Of a DNA stretch of 62,166 nt, positions 56,661-62,166 are shown piece after piece. Numbering within the stretch: position 1 is the stretch's first letter; the number at the start of each line of letters is the position of its first letter. This DNA is from Treponema primitia (GTDB taxonomy: Bacteria > Spirochaetota > Spirochaetia > Treponematales > Breznakiellaceae). Both the position numbers and the translations under genes were made by a program. The notes under the pieces were generated by a model. The model saw only the letters and a list, made by a program, of their open reading frames with translations. It was not told the origin of the DNA and ran no database searches. The stretch covers positions 1 through 62,166 of the forward strand of contig NZ_JAJQRB010000001.1 of assembly GCF_046533075.1 (NCBI RefSeq). The letters run 5' to 3'.

Positions 56661-58704
56661 AAAAATCAGCCCCTACTCCGGGACAGACCAGGAACGGATC
56701 AATACCGGACTGAGCTGGGCGGAGAAATACTGCGTTCCCCAACAGGACCGCCGGGGGGATAGTATCCTGGGGGTAGCGTCCATCCTGGTGGACCTTAATC
56801 TGGACGCCGATACCATTATTGCTGCGGTACTTCAGAATTCCCTGGAAAATACATTCCCTAAGGAAGGCAGCGTTCCCCTTACCCGTGAGGCCATAGCCGA
56901 AAAATTCGGCGCGTCCGTGGCCCTTATGGTTGAAGGTGTTACCAGGATCGCCGATATTTCTGCGAAGAATAAAACTAACCATGAAGCTGAAAATATCCGG
57001 AAAATGCTCTTTGCCATGGTCAGCGACATCCGGGTCATCCTGATAAAACTGGCGGATAAACTTTACAATATGAGGACCCTGGATCTTGCCGAAATTGCGG
57101 ATCGTAAGGCCGTTGCCCAGGAATGTCTGGATATTTATGCGCCCCTGGCGGACCGGCTGGGAATTTCCTGGATGAAGGACGAGCTGGAGGATCTGTCCCT
57201 GAAGTACCTTAACCGGGAAGTTTTTCTCCAGATAAAGGAGATCGTGGCCCTGAAAAGGGGTGAACGCCGGGATTTTCTGGAGAAGGTTTTAGGAACCATC
57301 ACCGCCGAAGCAAAAACTGCGGGGATCGATATCGCGGTGGAAAGCCGGGCAAAACACTTTTACTCAATATACCAGAAGATGCGGAAACGCAACAAAGCTG
57401 TGGGAGATCTTTACGATTTGATGGGGGTCCGTATCCTCTGTAACAGTATTGAGGACTGCTATAACCTCTTAGGTCTTGTTCACCGTCTGTGGAAGCCATT
57501 GGACGGCCGCTTCAAGGACTATATCGCCATGCACAAGGCCAATGGGTACCAGAGCCTTCATACTACGGTGATGTGCGCCTGGGACCCTTTGCCCCAAGCC
57601 TCTCCCGGCGATACCGTTGAGGGCCGCCTGCTGGAAATCCAGATCCGCACCTGGGAGATGCACCAGGTGGCGGAATACGGCATCGCCAGCCACTGGCTCT
57701 ACAAGAAGGGCAGCTCCGCCGAACTAGTCCGCCCGGGGGATCTTTCCATTGTGAACCGCCTTAAGGACTGGAAACAGGCCGAAGGGGAAGAGGGGTCCTC
57801 TGAATCTTTCCTGGAGGATATCAAGGGGGAACTCCTCAAGGATTCTATTTATGTTTTTACCCCCCAGGGCAAGGTAATAGAACTGCCCCTGGGTTCCACC
57901 GCCGTTGACTTTGCCTATCACATCCACTCCGCCGTGGGGGATCACTGCGCCGGGGCCAAGGCGGACGGTATCATCATCCCCCTCAGTGCGGAATTGCAGA
58001 ACACCCAGGTGGTAGAAATACTAACCGCCACCAACGCGCGGCCCCACGTTAATTGGCTCCGTTTCGTAAAAACATCCAAGGCCCGGAACAGAATCCGTTC
58101 CTGGCTGCAGGAAAACGACGATTCGGTGATCATCGAAAAAAACGTTATCGCCAAAAAGAAAACACCCCCGGTCGAACCGGCCAAAGCCGCCCCGCCGCCG
58201 GAAAAAGAAAAACTAATCGAATGTCCGGTTCAGCGTTTTGTCCAGGAGCAGCTTGGGACGGCAAGTATCTTCCAGGTACGGGTAGAAGATGAGAAGAACA
58301 TGATGATCCGCTTTGCCAAATGCTGCAACCCCGTGGCCGGCGACCCCATACTGGGTTATGTATCCCGGGGCCGGGGCATCATCATCCACCGGAAAAACTG
58401 CAGCAACCTGGCAAACATCCCCGACTTCGCCGAACGGCGTATCGACACCGAATGGGAAAACAGCGGTCCCCAGCTTAAACGTTTCAAAGTTGAAGCCCGG
58501 CTATCCGCGGATCTTTTCTCGGAGATTGAAGGCGCCGTACGCAAGCATCAAGGACATCTTATCGAAGGCCGTTTGGAAGAAACATCCACTAACCACCTCA
58601 CCGGGTTCTTCACCATGCAGTTGGAACAGGCGGAGGATCTTAAGAAAATCATGAAAAACATACGGGGCATACCGGCGGTTTACAGCATCCTGTCGCTTAA
58701 TTAG
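56632..58704 (+). CDS. relA: RelA/SpoT-homologue (p)ppGpp synthetase with degenerate (inactive-type) HD hydrolase domain, TGS and ACT domains
   Basis: Synthetase motifs (DLMGVRILCNSIEDCYNLLG, NGYQSLHTTV). In the HD-region alignment the catalytic residues appear replaced (…AEKYCVPQQDRRGDSILGVASIL…AAVLQNSLENT). Confidence 0.8.
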   Translation: MESLVATFSKKISPYSGTDQERINTGLSWAEKYCVPQQDRRGDSILGVASILVDLNLDADTIIAAVLQNSLENTFPKEGSVPLTREAIAEKFGASVALMVEGVTRIADISAKNKTNHEAENIRKMLFAMVSDIRVILIKLADKLYNMRTLDLAEIADRKAVAQECLDIYAPLADRLGISWMKDELEDLSLKYLNREVFLQIKEIVALKRGERRDFLEKVLGTITAEAKTAGIDIAVESRAKHFYSIYQKMRKRNKAVGDLYDLMGVRILCNSIEDCYNLLGLVHRLWKPLDGRFKDYIAMHKANGYQSLHTTVMCAWDPLPQASPGDTVEGRLLEIQIRTWEMHQVAEYGIASHWLYKKGSSAELVRPGDLSIVNRLKDWKQAEGEEGSSESFLEDIKGELLKDSIYVFTPQGKVIELPLGSTAVDFAYHIHSAVGDHCAGAKADGIIIPLSAELQNTQVVEILTATNARPHVNWLRFVKTSKARNRIRSWLQENDDSVIIEKNVIAKKKTPPVEPAKAAPPPEKEKLIECPVQRFVQEQLGTASIFQVRVEDEKNMMIRFAKCCNPVAGDPILGYVSRGRGIIIHRKNCSNLANIPDFAERRIDTEWENSGPQLKRFKVEARLSADLFSEIEGAVRKHQGHLIEGRLEETSTNHLTGFFTMQLEQAEDLKKIMKNIRGIPAVYSILSLN

Positions 58705-58775
58705 TGTTACGGGGACTTACTCCCCAATAGAACCCGGGCTTTTGTCCCTCATTACTTTTTTTACCTTTCTGGAAA

Positions 58776-58824
58776 AGCTATTGAACAAATTTTCCGTATT
58801 GACTATGCTATCCCCATGCTTCCG
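58776..58824 (+). repeat. 49-bp direct repeat, left copy (GCTATTGAACAAATTTTCCGTATTGACTATGCTATCCCCATGCTTCCGG)
   Basis: Perfect 49/49 identity with 61982-62030. Begins 72 nt after the relA stop. Confidence 0.9.
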
Positions 58825-58968
58825 GCCAGCGCTGATACCGTCGGCATCCGTGGCGGCGCAAAGAGTAAGAAATTCTGCAAAAATTGTAGAATTTCCATTT
58901 GGTCTATCATTCTATGACAAATCATTTGTTGTAGAATAATGGAAATATATCTTTTAGGAGGCTTTATT

Positions 58969-59211
58969 ATGGCTTTAGTTTGTAAGTATTGTGGAAAGGA
59001 AACTCGCACATCTGGTACTGCCTTGGCTACAAATGCTAATGGAACACTTTGCCCGGCCTCGCTAACAAAGAAACATGTACTTGTTCCCAATCCGCCAATT
59101 TGTGTGTATTGTGGGAGGGAAACAAGATCGTCTGGTAATGTTTTGGCAACTAATGCCAGTGGAACAGGTTGTCCCGCTTCGCCTACAAAAAAACATCAGT
59201 TGGCTGATTAA
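58969..59211 (+). CDS. Small Cys-rich protein with two tandem CxxC…C…KKH modules (zinc-ribbon-like)
   Basis: MALVCKYCGKETRTSGTALATNANGTLCPASLTKKH / VLVPNPPICVYCGRETRSSGNVLATNASGTGCPASPTKKH. AGGAGG RBS 7 nt upstream. Confidence 0.6.
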   Translation: MALVCKYCGKETRTSGTALATNANGTLCPASLTKKHVLVPNPPICVYCGRETRSSGNVLATNASGTGCPASPTKKHQLAD

Positions 59212-59226
59212 TCTGGAGGTAAATTT

Positions 59227-60390
59227 ATGAAAATTACGAAAGTATCTACCATAGTAATATTTGTGGTTGTTTTACTTGGATTAGCGGTTTTTTGTTTAAC
59301 AGCAACAAATTTTAAAATAATTGCATTCGATGAATTGCCTTTGAATTTTATGGGTACGTTCTTAGGTGCAATAGTAACGGCACTTATTACCGTAATCTTG
59401 TTGAATGGTCAAAGTGCCGCTGAAGAAGAAAAAGAACGAAATGTAAAAGTATTTGAACAAAAATCAAAAGTGTTTCAGGAATACATAAATACTGTCTGGA
59501 CAATTTGGGAAGACCATAAAATCACAGCGGATGAATTCCAAAATCTTACAACCGGCTATTACAGGGACTTGATGATTTATCTTGACGACAAAAAGGAATT
59601 TGATGTCAAAAATGAATTTGATGTCAAAAAGATAATTGATAAGGAAGAAAAGAAAAATAAGAAAAAGCCATCAAAAATAATTGCCGATTGTATCACTGCA
59701 ATTGGAGGATGTCTTGATAAATCAGGCGAAGAGACTTATAAAATATTGCGTAAAAATGTCATACTCATTATAAATGTTTTAAGTGACCAAATAGGTCTAG
59801 GGGGTAAAATTGACGATAAAATTATTGAAGAACATGACGAACAAATGTTTCCGGTGTTATTCAGGAAAGCATTATTAAAGTCACTGAACGATGCCTTGGT
59901 AGAAGGTTCTGATATGTTTCGAAAAGGTGTTTATCAGGAAGTACGGGGCGGTTCCGGGACATTTGAATATGCCGTATTTGAGTTTTTGAAATTTCCTGAT
60001 TGTAAAATTATTGTAGGACCATTTACTATAGCAAAAGATTACCAGCGTATAGAATTAGACCTTATAGTCGGCTGGCAATATTGGCAAGTTCATGATTTTC
60101 GAGTATCAAAAAGTAACGATTGGAGAATCTTTGTTGATAAGAACAAATTAAATGCTAATTGTACTCTGGAAAAGCCGCTGCCGGGTGCACGGGACGAGAT
60201 GGAGTTACAGAATTTTTCAGGAATTCATTTTGATGATATAGAAAGCCTTAAAAAAAATTATCAAAGTAATTATCGCGAGGCCGCTGACGAAATTGCTCGT
60301 CGTGCTATTTATCACTTTAACAACCACAAGATTGAGGATAAGTCTATTCCTGAATTTTTGCAAACCTATATAATAGGCAACACTAAGTGA
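59227..60390 (+). CDS. Hypothetical 2-TM membrane protein with large, uncharacterised cytoplasmic C-terminal domain
   Basis: 387 aa. TM helices at 8-26 and 42-60. 18-bp internal duplication (EFDVKNEFDVKK). GGAGG RBS. Very AT-rich. Confidence 0.65.
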   Translation: MKITKVSTIVIFVVVLLGLAVFCLTATNFKIIAFDELPLNFMGTFLGAIVTALITVILLNGQSAAEEEKERNVKVFEQKSKVFQEYINTVWTIWEDHKITADEFQNLTTGYYRDLMIYLDDKKEFDVKNEFDVKKIIDKEEKKNKKKPSKIIADCITAIGGCLDKSGEETYKILRKNVILIINVLSDQIGLGGKIDDKIIEEHDEQMFPVLFRKALLKSLNDALVEGSDMFRKGVYQEVRGGSGTFEYAVFEFLKFPDCKIIVGPFTIAKDYQRIELDLIVGWQYWQVHDFRVSKSNDWRIFVDKNKLNANCTLEKPLPGARDEMELQNFSGIHFDDIESLKKNYQSNYREAADEIARRAIYHFNNHKIEDKSIPEFLQTYIIGNTK

Positions 60391-61145
60391 GTAAAGAAAA
60401 TGACGCTTTATGGAGATTATATACCGATGCCGAAGAAGATGGGGCTTTTGAGGATGTTCGAGCTATAAATGACGATATACCCAATTTAGTGGAAAAAGCG
60501 ACATACCCACTATTCCTGCACGTTTCTGATGAGTATTTACAGGCTGACATAAAGCTGATGGTTTTTGGACAGGAAACAAATGCTTGGAACTATAAAAAAC
60601 AATGGGGTGAGGACAAAATTATTTATGGTAGCTCAAAAGAAATATACGTTGAAGACATTACCAATTTTTATAATGATTTTTTAACAAGTCCTCCAAAAAC
60701 ACCATTTTGGCAAGGGACAAAGAAAATTATTGATATGCTACAAACGGCAATTAACCCAAAAACAGTTGATTATATTTGGAACAACATCGTTAAAATGGGA
60801 AAACATGGCATGCATTTCCCGGACAAATGGTATGAACCGGTAATCAAACCATATTTTAATTCATTGATACTCAAAGAAATTGAAATCTTAAAACCGGATT
60901 TTGCCATATTCTTTACAGGGCCAACATCGCAATATGAAAGCGTTATTGGCGATGTTTTTGGAATTCCTGAACGCAAAGGAGTTACAGGGTTTGACAGAAA
61001 AGATTTATGCGAAGTGGTTATTCCGGGTGTAACAAAAGCATACCGCACTTATCATCCGGGTTATCTACAACGTAACCCGAATATGACACCAAACAAACAG
61101 CAGATTTTTGAAGCAATTGTTAAAGGGTTTGCAGAAAAAACTTAA
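60387..61145 (+). CDS. Hypothetical cytoplasmic protein with UDG-superfamily-like motifs (…MVFGQETNAW… and …TYHPGYLQRNP…); GTG start overlapping the upstream stop (GTGA)
   Basis: 252 aa. A motif-A-like GQ(E/D) ~55 aa from the N-terminus and a motif-B-like HPxYLxRNP ~25 aa from the C-terminus. This spacing is typical of the uracil-DNA glycosylase fold. Confidence 0.55.
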   Translation: MSKENDALWRLYTDAEEDGAFEDVRAINDDIPNLVEKATYPLFLHVSDEYLQADIKLMVFGQETNAWNYKKQWGEDKIIYGSSKEIYVEDITNFYNDFLTSPPKTPFWQGTKKIIDMLQTAINPKTVDYIWNNIVKMGKHGMHFPDKWYEPVIKPYFNSLILKEIEILKPDFAIFFTGPTSQYESVIGDVFGIPERKGVTGFDRKDLCEVVIPGVTKAYRTYHPGYLQRNPNMTPNKQQIFEAIVKGFAEKT

Positions 61146-61236
61146 ACATATCCCTTGAGAGATTTCAAAGGTTTAGCGCCACGGCTTGGAAATCTGGAAA
61201 TATTCGTCCAAAGTCTTGTAGAACTCTACGAGGGTA

Positions 61237-61266
61237 ACGCAAAGGCGTTTGTCACCAAATCTGCTC
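61237..61266 (+). repeat. ~30-bp direct repeat, copy 1 (GTAACGCAAAGGCGTTTGTCACCAAATCTG); copy 2 at 61908-61937
   Basis: TAACGCAAAGGCG(YY)TGTCACCAAAT(Y)TG is shared. The two copies flank the hairpin and the toxin-antitoxin remnant. Confidence 0.7.
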
Positions 61267-61330
61267 CCGCCCCGTTTAGCGCAAGTAAGCGCGGGCGAGG
61301 GAAGCAGGGTTAAATAGATCCTTACGAACA

Positions 61331-61464
61331 GGCGCCGGTGGGGGAGGGGGAGCCGCGCTGCGGGATATTCTGGAATTCCCTGCTGGAGGAGACCTACTGG
61401 GCTCCGCAAGCAGACTCTACAGGCATCCCGCAGCGTGGCTCCCCCTCCCCCACCGGCGTTTTTT
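61331..61464 (+). terminator. Very long inverted repeat (35-bp arms, 58-nt spacer) followed by T6; candidate terminator or structured element
   Basis: GGCGCCGGTGGGGGAGGGGGAGCCGCGCTGCGGGA…TCCCGCAGCGTGGCTCCCCCTCCCCCACCGGCG TTTTTT, with a single G/A mismatch. Confidence 0.55.
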
Positions 61465-61533
61465 CGAATGACCTGTATACCCCACCCTACTAACTCCACC
61501 ATCAGGCGCCGGATTTGCCATCTATTTATCGAA

Positions 61534-61615
61534 TTATGTATACTGGCCTTTACAGGCAATAATATGCAGGTTTTTGTTTTCATCGGCATCTACATGAAAG
61601 GTTACCTCATTCATT
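61534..61615 (-). pseudogene. yoeB: Remnant of a YoeB/Txe-family toxin (only the C-terminal ~26 codons remain: MNEVTFHVDADENKNLHIIACKGQYT)
   Basis: Resembles the YoeB C-terminus (…EHRLVYAVEDDCLVIASCRYHY). Its ATG overlaps the antitoxin's last codons (GCGAATGAATGA), the classic toxin-antitoxin arrangement. Confidence 0.5.
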
Positions 61616-61846
61616 CGCCATAGCCTCAAGTTCCGCCATGGTTTTAACAATGCCTTTGCCTTCGTCAAGTTCTTTGATGCGGTTCTGCAATTCCCCGGTA
61701 AACGCCGCATTGTGCCGTGCCTTTTCCCATGCATCATATTCGTCTTTGGACAAAATAACGATTTCACGCTGGTGAAAAGTGTTTTTTAAGCTTTGGATAA
61801 CATTGACATTGAGTTCGTCTGCTTTAAGGTGGTAGCTTGCATACAT
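61608..61846 (-). CDS. yefM: YefM/Phd-family type II antitoxin
   Basis: 79 aa. …REIVILSKDEYDAWEKARHNAAFTGELQNRIKELDEGKGIVKTMAELE resembles YefM (…[40 protein letters not shown]…). Confidence 0.65.
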
Positions 61847-61981
61847 ACTTATTCCCTCTCGTTCAAATATACGCCGTCTTGCGATCTATGGCAAGACAAG
61901 TACCGTGATAACGCAAAGGCGCCTGTCACCAAATTTGATAAGACAGGCATTACGCCGGTTTGTAAACCCCGTACCATTTAG

Positions 61982-62030
61982 GCTATTGAACAAATTTTCC
62001 GTATTGACTATGCTATCCCCATGCTTCCGG
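61982..62030 (+). repeat. 49-bp direct repeat, right copy (identical to 58776-58824)
   Basis: Perfect copy. Bounds a ~3.2-kb AT-rich segment. Confidence 0.9.
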
Positions 62031-62111
62031 CAGCGGCAGACCTAACCACGACAGCCACCCTCATGGGGAGTTTTGCGAAGCAAAACTCCAAGGCAAAGGC
62101 GCAGCCTTTGC

Positions 62112-62166
62112 CGGCTCACGGCTCACGGCTCACGGCTCACGGCTCACGGCTCACGGCTCACGGCTC
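62112..62166. repeat. Heptamer tandem repeat (GGCTCAC)n running to the window edge
   Basis: At least 7 perfect units of ggctcac, preceded by the hairpin GGCAAAGGC-gca-GCCTTTGCC. Confidence 0.85.

Noticed and set aside
58705-58765. Terminator after relA
   Set aside because: A GGGGACTTACTCCCC hairpin is present, but the T-run is ~25 nt downstream and not contiguous. This is too weak to call.
61173-61589. 138-aa minus-strand ORF
   Set aside because: It spans the long GC-rich inverted repeat and the repeat copies. Its composition is driven by the palindrome (runs of G/P/R), and it has no RBS or homology features.

Overview
This window looks like a spirochete (Treponema-like) chromosome segment, roughly 50-55% GC by eye, with core operons interrupted by several lower-GC accessory patches. 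No CRISPR array or rRNA was seen.

**Layout, by coordinate**
- **100-20,700:** one long minus-strand flagellar/motility operon. Gene order, transcribed right to left: flbB-like, fliK, flgD, flgE, flbD, motA, motB, fliL, fliY/N, fliO/Z, fliP, fliQ, fliR, flhB, flhA, flhF, flhG, a hypothetical, fliA, a FapA/DUF342 protein, and two hypotheticals. fliM is missing between fliL and fliY. Copies of a CACAGAG/CTCTGTG palindromic repeat family sit in the flhB-flhA gap, in the 5' coding region of flhB, and in the operon promoter region.
- **20.9-30.5 kb:** housekeeping genes. These are an epimerase, a LolA-like/FtsX/ABC ATPase export operon plus an outer-membrane protein, an SPFH protein, a GntR regulator and a sugar-binding lipoprotein.
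- **30.6-41.1 kb:** accessory junkyard beginning at tRNA-Leu(GAG).
  - The tRNA 3' half is duplicated, and an inverted T-arm fragment is present.
  - A DUF3990-like gene is paired with a small ORF.
  - An IS21 element (istA/istB) is present; its istA is disrupted by a ~106-bp MITE-like insertion.
  - An XRE regulator, a Listeria-Bacteroides-repeat lipoprotein, an IS5/IS1182 transposase fragment, and a frameshifted recG 3' fragment follow.
  - A 3.6-kb single-gene cassette encodes a secreted WD40-repeat plus caspase (peptidase C14) protein; it is flanked by diverged duplicates of the recG 3' terminus.
- **41.1-58.7 kb:** FecR-like and OMP-like proteins, a GLUG-repeat surface protein, an anion transporter, an MBL hydrolase, an enolase-superfamily dehydratase, a sigma54 activator, an AKR/Fe-S protein, a Pro-rich tandem-repeat protein, prfA, prmC, and a RelA-type RSH with a degenerate hydrolase domain.
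- **58.77-62.03 kb:** an AT-rich island bounded by perfect 49-bp direct repeats.
  - A three-gene cassette encodes a small tandem Cys-rich zinc-ribbon-like protein, a 2-TM protein, and a cytoplasmic protein with UDG-superfamily-like motifs (GQETN ... HPGYLQRNP).
  - An intact YefM-like antitoxin is followed by a 26-aa YoeB remnant.
  - A 35-bp-stem hairpin and further short repeats lie nearby.

**Best candidates for an undescribed system**
- The three-gene cassette at 58,969-61,145.
- The WD40-caspase cassette at 37,188-40,736.
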